A DNA stretch of 64,000 nucleotides from Candidatus Ozemobacteraceae bacterium. Its GTDB lineage: Bacteria > Muiribacteriota > Ozemobacteria > Ozemobacterales > Ozemobacteraceae. Numbering within the stretch: position 1 is the first letter of the stretch; each line of letters opens with the position of its first letter. Positions 9,474 through 18,507 of this stretch are shown piece after piece. Below the pieces are notes generated by a model. It ran no database searches, was not told the DNA's origin, and saw nothing but the letters and a program-made list of their open reading frames with translations. The stretch is taken from positions 2,562,010 to 2,626,009 of the forward strand of contig OZ223236.1 in the NCBI GenBank assembly GCA_965140445.1, given 5' to 3'. A program made the position numbers and the translations under genes.

Positions 9474-10967
9474 ATGAATGAATCTCCTGAAAATATTTTT
9501 CTTACTGAAGACGATATAGAAAAAACTAGCACTAGTCTTGTTATTGCTGACAATAAAATTGTTGTAAACGGCATTGACGGCGGCTTCTATGATGATTTTT
9601 CGAGCGGAGACTTGAGCAGATATATTAGTTCTAACGCTGTGATAGAGGGCGGCAATGTTAGATTTACAGATAGCACAAGTAACATAGTTTATAACAACTA
9701 TATTGTTTCAGATATTATTCCGATCACTGGTACTCAATACTACGGAATTCAAGCGGGAGTTTACGAAGTCAAAGCAAGACGAATTGCTATTGATACTGTA
9801 AATAATAACTATTTATATTTTACAACTGATTTGATGACGCCGGTGCGCTATAACAACTCCAGCGGTTTTTATATGTATTACACAAAAGATGTTGTTTATA
9901 TATACGCTTTCGGCGGAAGCACTACAGCTAGTTTTCAGTATACTACTGCTCAAATTCCGATCGGCGCTGAAATAACATTTAGAATAGTTGACGAGTCTCC
10001 GCTCGGCAGCTCGTTACAGAATGCTACTAGAATGTATTTTAAAATTAACAACGAAGAATGGATAAACACAGGAATCGGCGGAATAAATAGAGGCTACGTC
10101 GGTTTCGGCTTGTTATATGCTTACTCTAGCGTCAACAGTTTTGAATTTTTGAACTTCGCAATTTATGGCTATCCTGAAAAAATCACTCTAACGCTCAATA
10201 AAACTAGCTCTCTAGTAGCTGATTTACCAGCTAAGCTTAAAACACTTGATTCTATTTCTTTAACAACAGAAGACAGCAAACAAGGTTCTATAGCTCTATC
10301 GTTGCAGAAAAAAGACGCAAGACTAGCAGAATGGTCGGATCTAGACGACAAAATAGCTGAGTTTTCGACTGTTGCTGACGTGAAAAATGGCGGCTCTTTT
10401 ATTGCTCCAGTTCAAGAGCCAGCTCCGGAGCGTGAATTTATCATCAAGCTTGAATATTCAAACGGCGGAGTCAGCGGCTATAACACTATTAATTTGCCGC
10501 TGCAAATAAGCTGGACAAGCGATATTGAAGCGCCGCTCAGTCCGTCAGCTAGCGAAGTTAACCAATTTGGAGAAGCTGGCGCAGTTTTAAAAGCTGCTGA
10601 TGCTTTGTTAGAAGATGTTTACGGCGCACAAATAGAAGTAGATATTAACAATAACGGCTATTTGCCGCTTTCTGAGCGCAGCATACTAGAAACTGACAAC
10701 AACCATTTAATTTTGCGTTCAACGACTGGCGAGAAACAGCGAGCAGGTGAGCACAACAGCTTAGTCTATGCGCTCACAGGGCTAAATATTGACGACACTA
10801 TACGAATTAGATCGCGTTTTGTTGACGAAGTTGGCAACGCGTCAGCATTCAAAAATTCAGGATTAATAACTATAAAAGGCACTCTCTACGCTCAAGTGCC
10901 AGTAAAAAATTTCAAAACAAGCTGGAAAACAGCAACAAAATGGGGGGCGAAATGGACAACAAGCTAA
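9474..10967 (+). CDS. tail fibre-like protein
   Basis: ORF-track ORF starts at 9339 but the in-frame ATG at 9474 has GGAGG 9 nt upstream and follows the previous stop; 497 aa, Asn/Thr/Ser/Gly-rich beta-type composition. Confidence 0.5.
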   Translation: MNESPENIFLTEDDIEKTSTSLVIADNKIVVNGIDGGFYDDFSSGDLSRYISSNAVIEGGNVRFTDSTSNIVYNNYIVSDIIPITGTQYYGIQAGVYEVKARRIAIDTVNNNYLYFTTDLMTPVRYNNSSGFYMYYTKDVVYIYAFGGSTTASFQYTTAQIPIGAEITFRIVDESPLGSSLQNATRMYFKINNEEWINTGIGGINRGYVGFGLLYAYSSVNSFEFLNFAIYGYPEKITLTLNKTSSLVADLPAKLKTLDSISLTTEDSKQGSIALSLQKKDARLAEWSDLDDKIAEFSTVADVKNGGSFIAPVQEPAPEREFIIKLEYSNGGVSGYNTINLPLQISWTSDIEAPLSPSASEVNQFGEAGAVLKAADALLEDVYGAQIEVDINNNGYLPLSERSILETDNNHLILRSTTGEKQRAGEHNSLVYALTGLNIDDTIRIRSRFVDEVGNASAFKNSGLITIKGTLYAQVPVKNFKTSWKTATKWGAKWTTS

Positions 10968-11269
10968 TAGTCGGTGAGTCACACGATCCAATTTTAGAAC
11001 TAACTGACGAAAATAACGAAATAATGGATCTAGAAGGCGCAAGCGTAAAGTATGGCATGAAAAAAAACAAAAATAGTGCGTATGCTCACGCGTCTATGCC
11101 AATTTCTGGTACTGCGAGCCTGGGTCAAGCTTCAGTAGAAGTTTCAGCAGCAGTAACAGCTGAAATAGAGCTCGGGCGCTATATAGAAGAATTTGAAATA
11201 ACATTAGCAAACGGAAAAACAAAGAAATTTCAGCGCTCAATATCTGTCGAATGGGCTGTCAATACATAA
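10940..11269 (+). CDS. hypothetical phage protein
   Basis: 109-aa ORF overlapping the 3' end of the upstream gene; alternative ATG at 10952. Confidence 0.45.
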   Translation: MGGEMDNKLIVGESHDPILELTDENNEIMDLEGASVKYGMKKNKNSAYAHASMPISGTASLGQASVEVSAAVTAEIELGRYIEEFEITLANGKTKKFQRSISVEWAVNT

Positions 11270-11281
11270 AAGGAGACAAAC

Positions 11282-13048
11282 ATGAAAAAATTTTTATTAT
11301 TAATAATGATACTGATAACTAGTATAGCTAGTGCTCAGAGCTATGATTCAGCAGAAGATATAGGGCTAAGTCCTTATGATGTTGCTGAATATATGCTCAG
11401 AAACGGCAATATAGCAAGTGGTACTACAGCTCCAACAGTTACAGCTGGTATACCTGACGGTGCGCTATATTGGCAGACACAGCCTAGCATTGTGTTGTGG
11501 GTTAAGCTCGATGGAAGCTGGGAGCCTGGAGCCGGGGCAGTTGATCCGATCGCTATTCATTTAGCTGAGCTCGGAGAGAAGAGCTACAACAGTCTCGACG
11601 ATAAACCGCTTATTCCTGAAAATTTGGCTGATTTGACAGAAAAGAGCTATAACACACTAACAGACAAGCCAACATCTGCCAGCTGGAATTTAGCAGAGCT
11701 TAACGAAAAAAGTTTTGCAAGTTTAGCAAGTAAACCAACGACTTTAAACGGCTACGGCATTATAGACGGAGTGCTAGACTCAGTTTTCAGCTCTCATGTT
11801 TCAGAGTTTAACTCTCACGTTAATACAGTTGTTGACGCGCATTCAGCCAATCAGAGAATATCACAAACTCTGACGATCGGCGCAGATAACGACTCGAATG
11901 CGTTTTTGGGCTACGCAGGAGCTGGCACAGTAGCAGTCGGTGATTATTTAATGGTACCTTATACTGCTACAGCTCCGACGACTATAAATAGCGGCTCAGC
12001 GCTGTTTTGGTGCGACTCAAACACGAATCAAGTAAAAATATACAACGGAAAAACAGGAGAGTGGCTGATTATCGGCAGCATTTATAGTGTTGACGCAGAT
12101 TTTGGTATTAAAAATGAGTCATATCTAAATTTATATTCAAACGATAATGTAGGAGAAAACATCAGAGCTAGACTAAGATGTATTGGAAGCGCGACGGGCA
12201 GCGGATATGGCGGAGATTTTGTATTAGAAACTAGAAATGGATCGAATGTTTGGAATTCTAACGCGTTTACTCTGAAAGAAAATGGAAACATTTTAATAAA
12301 TACAGCAACAGACGACAGCTACTACAAACTACAGCTCGCAGGAAATGCAAAATTTTATTCAACTTCGGGCGGTTCAATTGGTGAAGATGATCCGGCTGTT
12401 GCTAATCTTTTTACTAATACACCGAATGGCGGCGGTGGCTTATTCAATGTTTTGCAATTGCATCTTGATAGAGCAGCAAACAACGACGGAGCAGCTTTAA
12501 CGTTTGCAGCTAACGATGCAGGAGGCAGCAGGCGCACTCTAGCGCTAATTGGTGCAGCTCCCAGTGACACAACAGACGGATCGCCAGACGGTTACATGGT
12601 TTTTTACACTTGCGCAGGCACTATGCTAGAGAGAATGAGGCTGACTAAAAGCGGTAATCTTTTAATAAATACAGCAACAGACGATGGAATTAACAAACTA
12701 CAAGTTAATGGAAGCGTTAAATTTGACGCTGGTTCATCAGTTTGTCGATTCAAAGAAATAACTTTAGCTGACAATCAAACACTTGATTTAAGAAGTTTTT
12801 TCGGAAATGCAAACTATATGTTCGGAAATTTAAAAATAGTTGCTATTGAAAATTCAGGCAGTGCGGCTGATGTTTTTTTGACTGGATCATATAATACTGT
12901 AAATTTGTATTCAGTTGCTGGCTCAGTCGTGAACACTTCAACAGACGGCTATATTTGCGTATATCCAGCCGGAAGCGGTGAATACACTCTCGAAAACAAG
13001 CTCGGTACTTCGACTGTAATCTCACTATTTTATCAGGGGATACAATAA
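11282..13048 (+). CDS. tail fibre-like repeat protein with N-terminal signal peptide
   Basis: 588 aa; AAAGGAGA SD; N-terminus MKKFLLLIMILITSIASA-QS; three tandem ~20-aa repeats (LAELGEKSYNSLDDKP-like, aa 94-152) and a duplicated ~30-aa module (NILINTATDD..KLQ..G..KF). Confidence 0.55.
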   Translation: MKKFLLLIMILITSIASAQSYDSAEDIGLSPYDVAEYMLRNGNIASGTTAPTVTAGIPDGALYWQTQPSIVLWVKLDGSWEPGAGAVDPIAIHLAELGEKSYNSLDDKPLIPENLADLTEKSYNTLTDKPTSASWNLAELNEKSFASLASKPTTLNGYGIIDGVLDSVFSSHVSEFNSHVNTVVDAHSANQRISQTLTIGADNDSNAFLGYAGAGTVAVGDYLMVPYTATAPTTINSGSALFWCDSNTNQVKIYNGKTGEWLIIGSIYSVDADFGIKNESYLNLYSNDNVGENIRARLRCIGSATGSGYGGDFVLETRNGSNVWNSNAFTLKENGNILINTATDDSYYKLQLAGNAKFYSTSGGSIGEDDPAVANLFTNTPNGGGGLFNVLQLHLDRAANNDGAALTFAANDAGGSRRTLALIGAAPSDTTDGSPDGYMVFYTCAGTMLERMRLTKSGNLLINTATDDGINKLQVNGSVKFDAGSSVCRFKEITLADNQTLDLRSFFGNANYMFGNLKIVAIENSGSAADVFLTGSYNTVNLYSVAGSVVNTSTDGYICVYPAGSGEYTLENKLGTSTVISLFYQGIQ

Positions 13049-13049
13049 C

Positions 13050-13526
13050 ATGAAGAAATCATTAATATTTTTACTAATAACAATTTCTATTTTGCTTGTG
13101 ACTGTTTCTGTATCAGCTCAAAACGCTAGCTATTCAGCTAGCTATGATATTGAGACTGTTGTTAATAATAAAGTTGAGCAAATCAAAATAAACTTTCTTG
13201 ATGCAGTATTGAGCACTATTTCTGTCTTTCTGTTGTTTGTAGTAGCTCAGATTAAAGCATATTTTGCTCAAGCAACGAAAGAAAAACAGCACAAGCGCGG
13301 CTCAAGCGTCGTCGAAGATAGTTTGTTTTCTGCAATTTTTGAAGCTGATAGCACGCTTGAAAAAGTTTTAGCAAGTAAAGCTGAGCGCGTTCGTGTATCT
13401 GTAATTTGGGCTTCTATAGCTAAGACAAGACTAAAAGAATTAGCAGGATTTAAAAAAGCGGACTTAAATAATTGGATTTCAACACAACAAACAATCATTT
13501 TGAGCAAAAAAGCTCAAGGAGTCTAA
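13050..13526 (+). CDS. membrane protein with signal peptide (lysis-associated or moron; function unknown)
   Basis: 158 aa; N-terminus MKKSLIFLLITISILLVTVSVSA-QN plus one further hydrophobic helix (VLSTISVFLLFVVAQIKAYFA). Confidence 0.45.
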   Translation: MKKSLIFLLITISILLVTVSVSAQNASYSASYDIETVVNNKVEQIKINFLDAVLSTISVFLLFVVAQIKAYFAQATKEKQHKRGSSVVEDSLFSAIFEADSTLEKVLASKAERVRVSVIWASIAKTRLKELAGFKKADLNNWISTQQTIILSKKAQGV

Positions 13527-13630
13527 AAAATGAGATACCATATTTCGCCCGATTTATTATTTGTATATTTAGTTCTTGTGATTTTGTGCTTTCATGTTGC
13601 TGTTCCAGTGTTTTTCAGGAGCGTGAAATT

Positions 13631-14191
13631 ATGGCTAAGCTAGTGAGAATGAACGAAAACGACAAAAATTGTGGTTTAGTTGCTATGCAAATAGCGAGCA
13701 AGCTCGACTATGAAAAAATAAAAAATTCCTGGGCGGGCGGCTGGCTATCAGATAGCACAGACAAAGGAGCGGTTGGAGTACCTAACGACACTCCGCTAGA
13801 TCACTTTTCAACGCTCGAAAAACTCAAGTTAAAATTTAGAATTGTAACATGCAATGAAATCTTGAACGGCTCTTGTAGAGCTAGAAAAACAGTAATTTTG
13901 TTGCACTTGTCGAGCAGTTCAAAAAAAACAATTTGGGAAAAAATAAAAAACTGGTTTAGAGCAACTCTAGCGCAGCATTGGTGCGTATTAGAGTCAGTAG
14001 ATATTAAAAATCAAGTTTTGACTGTAGATTGGCTCTACTCAGATCAGAAAACAAAAACATTTTCTTTTTCAGAGTTTGAACAGCTATACAGTGCTGGCAC
14101 GCCAGCATGTGCGTATGAAATCGGCAGCGGCAATTACAAGGTTAAATGGTATCAGAGATTACTAGCAAAAATTTCTGGAAAATGGATCTAG
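13631..14191 (+). CDS. putative papain-fold cysteine peptidase (C39/CHAP-like), possible second lytic enzyme
   Basis: ATG at 13631 with AGGAG 9 nt upstream (track ORF begins at 13472); candidate catalytic Cys in NENDKNCG, His in AQHWCVL, Asp in ESVD. Motif-level inference only. Confidence 0.4.
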   Translation: MAKLVRMNENDKNCGLVAMQIASKLDYEKIKNSWAGGWLSDSTDKGAVGVPNDTPLDHFSTLEKLKLKFRIVTCNEILNGSCRARKTVILLHLSSSSKKTIWEKIKNWFRATLAQHWCVLESVDIKNQVLTVDWLYSDQKTKTFSFSEFEQLYSAGTPACAYEIGSGNYKVKWYQRLLAKISGKWI

Positions 14192-14200
14192 GAGATTATT

Positions 14201-14500
14201 ATGAGCGACTTAGCAGATCTCAACGAAAAACGAATAGATAGACTAGAAAACAGTGTTATTGAAATGAAAAAAGAGCTGAAAGTAGCTATTAAAGAAGGGT
14301 TCAAAGAATGCAGAGAAATTGCTCCGCTGACTTGTCCAAACTCGAAAAAATTAAGCTTGTCTAGTGCAATTATGCTCTGTAGCGTGCTGTGCGGGGTGTT
14401 TTTATTTCTCGCAAAAATTGGAGTTTTAGAAAACATTTCAATAAAAAAACAAACTAAAACTAGTATTAGCAGTGACAGACAAGAAGGAGCTAATAAATGA
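14201..14500 (+). CDS. putative holin (single transmembrane helix)
   Basis: 99 aa, AGGAG SD, charged coiled N-terminus then TM helix LSLSSAIMLCSVLCGVFLFLAKIGVL; overlaps the amidase start by 4 bp. Confidence 0.4.
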   Translation: MSDLADLNEKRIDRLENSVIEMKKELKVAIKEGFKECREIAPLTCPNSKKLSLSSAIMLCSVLCGVFLFLAKIGVLENISIKKQTKTSISSDRQEGANK

Positions 14501-15021
14501 AAATAGCACTAGTCGTCGGACACTCTAAAAAAGCAAAAGGGGCTCGAAACAGAGCGTCAAAAATGACTGAATTTGACTATAATGACGAGCTCGTTAAAAA
14601 AATAGCTGTTATGCTCAATAAAAGGGGCATAGACAACGTAATTGTCTATCGAGATAGCTATAGTGCTCTACCGGGAAAAATTAACGCTAAGAAGCCCACT
14701 TTTATTTTGAGCTTTCACGCGAACAGTTGCAAAAATGATGCTGTGTCTGGCTCAGAAGTTCTTTACTACAAAGATAGTAAAAAAGGAAAATTGCTTGCTC
14801 AAGTTATGCTCAATGCAATTGTAAAGACTCTTGAACTTAGAAATAGAGGCATAAAGCCGCGCTCAGAGAGCGATCGTGGCGGATATTTGCTAAAAAATAC
14901 TCATGCAGCTTGTGTCATACTAGAGCCTTTTTTTATTAATAATAATGCTGATTGCGAGACAGCTACGAATAAACTCGACGAGCTCGCTGTATCTATAGCT
15001 CTAGCTATTGAAAATATATGA
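14497..15021 (+). CDS. N-acetylmuramoyl-L-alanine amidase (Amidase_3 family) endolysin
   Basis: 174 aa with family hallmarks ALVVGHS...SFHANS...EVLYY...ILEPFF; AGGAG SD; located at the end of the phage late operon. Confidence 0.85.
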   Translation: MKIALVVGHSKKAKGARNRASKMTEFDYNDELVKKIAVMLNKRGIDNVIVYRDSYSALPGKINAKKPTFILSFHANSCKNDAVSGSEVLYYKDSKKGKLLAQVMLNAIVKTLELRNRGIKPRSESDRGGYLLKNTHAACVILEPFFINNNADCETATNKLDELAVSIALAIENI

Positions 15022-15096
15022 AAAAATTGTAGTAGATGCAAAACTAGCTAAACATTGCATGCTATCAAAATAAAGTTTTTTTGCCTCCTCCCTTTA

Positions 15097-15121
15097 CTCC
15101 CAGAGCTCTGGGAGTTTTTTT
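15097..15121 (+). terminator. intrinsic terminator after endolysin
   Basis: Perfect 18-bp palindrome CTCCCAGAGCTCTGGGAG followed by TTTTTTT. Confidence 0.6.
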
Positions 15122-15204
15122 ATTATTAATAATGATTAATTTCAAATTTCTTGAACAGCATAAACTATTTATATGACGATAAAAAATTTTTGGAGGTTTT
15201 TAAA

Positions 15205-15363
15205 ATGTTTGATACTACTAAATTGAGTGCTGAAGAGCTTATGAACTATAATCTAGCAAAAGAAATATCAAAAAGTCTATTAAAAGAGCTTGAAACAGAC
15301 GTAGAAACTGGCAGAATACAAGACTTGAGACTAGTTAGACTAGTAGACGAGCTGAAAAAATAA
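15205..15363 (+). CDS. small hypothetical protein (52 aa)
   Basis: ATG at 15205 with GGAGG 8 nt upstream; the track's 15151 start is a TTG extension. Charged helical peptide, followed by a strong terminator. Confidence 0.4.
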   Translation: MFDTTKLSAEELMNYNLAKEISKSLLKELETDVETGRIQDLRLVRLVDELKK

Positions 15364-15382
15364 AAAAGCCAGGAGAACAAGA

Positions 15383-15411
15383 AGCCCCCATTTTTGGGGG
15401 CTCTTTTTTTT
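15383..15411 (+). terminator. intrinsic terminator (end of prophage late region)
   Basis: Stem AGCCCCC / GGGGGCT with loop attttt followed by a T-run of about nine. Confidence 0.65.
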
Positions 15412-15660
15412 AACAATTTAATTTTCAAATTTTCGAGAGAAATGTTTTATTACACAGAACATTTTTTCAAACAATTCTATAGAGCAAGCTGGCGCATTGA
15501 AGTTGTTTAAGCAATGCAAATTTTTTCTCGCTATAAAATTCTTTGAGTATCTGTATTTATTATACTGTTGTTCATGAATGTTTTAGCATATTTAATAATA
15601 TTATAAAAATATGGCTGTATTGCTCTATTTAAAAGAGTTTCCCAGGTCGGTAAAAGTTGA

Positions 15661-15837
15661 CAAATTGTGGTACACAATCACCCGACAGGACAGATTTCAC
15701 CTTCAACACCTGATAAGAATATCACCCGCGCGCTTGCTTCAGCAGCCGAAATTTTGGATATAAGATTTCTCGACCATATAATTGTTGGTCGGGAAGGGAA
15801 GGGCTATTTTAGTTTCAGAGAGAATGGTTTACTCTGA
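15661..15837 (+). pseudogene. radC: radC (JAB/MPN-domain protein) 3'-terminal remnant, N-terminus missing
   Basis: Hand translation QIVVHNHPTGQISPSTPDKNITRALASAAEILDIRFLDHIIVGREGKGYFSFRENGLL-stop matches the RadC C-terminal HNHPSG...LDHI.IG motif block; in-frame TGA at 15658-15660 and no upstream homology. Confidence 0.7.
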
Positions 15838-16473
15838 TTCGTCTTCTTCTTTTTTGATTATGCCGTTTGGCTTATCTCTTCCTGAGAGGAGATCTCTGAT
15901 TTTGCCATATAAGACTTCAAGAGCGACTCTGTTTGAAGCACCTTGCGGAACGATTAGGTCAGCAAGATATCTTGAGGGTTGAACCATATTTATGGCTGCA
16001 TCTCTAACTGAATTTTCATATTGATCCACTATGCTTTTAACAGTTCTGCCTCTATCAATATGGTCTCGTTTAATTCTTCTAATGATTGCCCGATCCAATG
16101 GCACATCAATATAGATTCTTAAATCAAATAGCGGCATAAGCTCAGGAATATTAAAAATTAATAACCCTTCGATAATCAATATTGGATGCGGTTGAATATT
16201 AATTGTTTTTTCTAATCTATCGGAACATTTAAAATCGTAAATTGGTCTCTCAATAGCTCTATCATTGGTTAGATCATTAATGTGCTTAATGAGAAGATCG
16301 GTTTCCAGAGCATCAGGATGATCGTAATTTATAATGCGAGGTTTATCCTTTTTCGCATAGTAATACATGTCGTGTTCAAGAACACAGATTTTCCCGGGAA
16401 ATCTCTCGAGAACTGCTCTAGAAACACTACTCTTACCAGACCCGCTTAATCCACAAATCCCTATTATATACAT
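15829..16473 (-). CDS. udk: uridine kinase
   Basis: 214 aa; P-loop GICGLSGSGKSS and uridine/cytidine kinase-like body; ATG start. Confidence 0.9.
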   Translation of the reverse strand: MYIIGICGLSGSGKSSVSRAVLERFPGKICVLEHDMYYYAKKDKPRIINYDHPDALETDLLIKHINDLTNDRAIERPIYDFKCSDRLEKTINIQPHPILIIEGLLIFNIPELMPLFDLRIYIDVPLDRAIIRRIKRDHIDRGRTVKSIVDQYENSVRDAAINMVQPSRYLADLIVPQGASNRVALEVLYGKIRDLLSGRDKPNGIIKKEEDESE

Positions 16474-16519
16474 GGCGACAATTTACCACAGTTGCTGAAT
16501 TTAGAATACAAAAATTTGC

Positions 16520-16544
16520 AAAAAAAAAAGGAGCATTAAGCTCC
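16520..16544 (-). terminator. intrinsic terminator between tkt and udk
   Basis: Hairpin GGAGC-attaa-GCTCC; on the minus strand it is followed by a U-run of about ten (plus-strand A-run 16520-16529). Confidence 0.55.
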
Positions 16545-16561
16545 TCTTTTTAGTTTTTAAG

Positions 16562-18424
16562 TTAAATCAGCTTTTTAAGAGTTTCAGCAATTTTATCGTG
16601 AGATAAATTGAAGGAAGCAAGAAGCTCTTCTGGTGTACCAGATCTTGGCACTTCAGTTACCGCTGTATGATGGAATTCTTTAATTTTTCCAGCAAGGTTT
16701 AATGCTACTGCACTACCAGCTCCGCCTTCAGGTGCATGTTCTTCAAAAACAGCTACTCGTCCATTTGATTTTTCTACAAGTGCGGCTAATTCTTTTGTTG
16801 GGAAAGGTTTGATACAATACAAATCAACAACTTGAATTTTTTCTGCGCCTGGAAGAGTTTCGAGGGCTTTAAGAATTTCGTGTACAATAACACCGCAAGA
16901 AACTACTGTTAATTCAGGGTTATCTGATTTTTTTATAACCTTAAGTCCGCCAATTGGGAACTGCTCATCACTATTATAAAGAACAGCTGTTGAAGGTCTT
17001 GAAAGTCTTACATAACCAGGACCATCATGGCGGGCAAGGCTTATGATTGACTGGTATGCAGAAACAGCATCCGATGGGTACAAAACCGCTCCCTTTGGAA
17101 GTGTTCGGAAAGCTGCTATATCTTCAAGTGCCATTTGAGAAGGGCCATCTTCTCCGATTGAGATTCCTGCGTGAGTTCCAATGAGTTTAATCTTAAGACC
17201 GGAGAGAGCCGCCATTCTTACCTGATCAAATGCTCTGGCAAGGAAAGCACCAAATGTTACTGCAAATGGGATCAAACCTCTTGAGGCTAAACCTGCAGCT
17301 ACACCTGCCATATTCTGTTCAGCAATAAAGCATTCCACAAATCTTTCTGGATATGTTTCGCCAAATTTTTGAGAATAGGTTGAGTTTTGAGTATCGCCGT
17401 CAATAACCCATACTTTAGGCTCTACTTTTCCAAGCTCAAGAAGGGCAGTGTTAACTGCTTGTCTTGTCGCTGCCTTGTCGGTTTTGCTATATGGGGCTGG
17501 AGCAGTTTCAGCAGTAAATGGAGCATCAGAGATTTCAGTTTTTACTTCTTCTGGTTTAGCGATAACAGGCGCTGGAGGAGTTTTCATTAAATCAGCATTA
17601 ACTTCTTCCAAAACTTCTTTTAATCCATCAGCTTCTTTAATTGGTTTTCCGTGCCAGTTATCTTTGTCAGAGATAGCAGATACTCCGCCACCTTTAAAGG
17701 TTTTAGCAATAATACAAACTGGTTTTCCTTTTACATTTAATGCGGTATCAAATGCTTTGAGTAATTCTTCAAAATCGTGTCCGTTTTCAACAACGATTGC
17801 TTCCCAGCCAAAAGCTTCAACTTTTCTAGCATAGGTTCTAAGATCGTGCCCATGCATAGTTTCCCGGCTTTGTCCAAGACGATTGACGTCAATAATAGCC
17901 ATCAGATTATCAGTTTTCTTGTGAGCTGCCAGAGCGAAGGCTTCCCATACAGAGCCTTCTGCAACTTCGCCATCGCCAAGGATAACGTAAGTTCTTGCAC
18001 CATTTCTAACTACTTCTTGTTGTTGAAGGGCGATTCCGAGGCCACATGATAAACCTTGTCCAAGAGAACCAGTTGCAACATCAACAAATGGAAGACTAGG
18101 CATTGGATGGCCTTCTATTCTTGATCCCATTTGTCTAAGAGTGAGAACTTCTTCTTCTTTCAAATAGCCAGCTTCACACCAGGCAGCGTAAAGAGCTGGA
18201 GCTGCATGTCCTTTAGAAAGAACGAGGCGATCATTGGCATGAGAACCAGGATCAGCCGGGTTGTATTTCATTACTCTAAAAAAGAGTGAAGATAATATAT
18301 CTGCACATGAACAACATGAAGAAGGATGACCAGAGCCCGCTTTGGCTGTGGATTCAATTGAAAGCGCTCTAATTCTAGCTGCTCTGTGTTTAAGTTCTTT
18401 TATCAGGGATGTATCGTAGGACAT
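16562..18424 (-). CDS. tkt: transketolase
   Basis: TPP-binding motifs (GSGHPSS, GDGEVAEGSVWEA); start moved to the ATG (MSYDTS) with GGAGGG 5 nt upstream, the track's 18493 start is an extension. Confidence 0.9.
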   Translation of the reverse strand: MSYDTSLIKELKHRAARIRALSIESTAKAGSGHPSSCCSCADILSSLFFRVMKYNPADPGSHANDRLVLSKGHAAPALYAAWCEAGYLKEEEVLTLRQMGSRIEGHPMPSLPFVDVATGSLGQGLSCGLGIALQQQEVVRNGARTYVILGDGEVAEGSVWEAFALAAHKKTDNLMAIIDVNRLGQSRETMHGHDLRTYARKVEAFGWEAIVVENGHDFEELLKAFDTALNVKGKPVCIIAKTFKGGGVSAISDKDNWHGKPIKEADGLKEVLEEVNADLMKTPPAPVIAKPEEVKTEISDAPFTAETAPAPYSKTDKAATRQAVNTALLELGKVEPKVWVIDGDTQNSTYSQKFGETYPERFVECFIAEQNMAGVAAGLASRGLIPFAVTFGAFLARAFDQVRMAALSGLKIKLIGTHAGISIGEDGPSQMALEDIAAFRTLPKGAVLYPSDAVSAYQSIISLARHDGPGYVRLSRPSTAVLYNSDEQFPIGGLKVIKKSDNPELTVVSCGVIVHEILKALETLPGAEKIQVVDLYCIKPFPTKELAALVEKSNGRVAVFEEHAPEGGAGSAVALNLAGKIKEFHHTAVTEVPRSGTPEELLASFNLSHDKIAETLKKLI

Positions 18425-18507
18425 CTTACCCTCCATTTTAAATTTGTTTAAAACATATATAGGATTAAACAAAAGGAGGGGACTAGTCAACAAAATTGGG
18501 AAAAAGT

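Noticed and set aside
15151-15204. TTG-initiated N-terminal extension of the small post-endolysin ORF
   Set aside because: ATG at 15205 has GGAGG 8 nt upstream; the TTG extension would begin inside the terminator-proximal spacer without an SD.
17387-18049. Three + strand ORFs (67-128 aa) antisense to transketolase
   Set aside because: Lie entirely within tkt on the opposite strand; Ser/Ala-rich mirror-frame artefacts.
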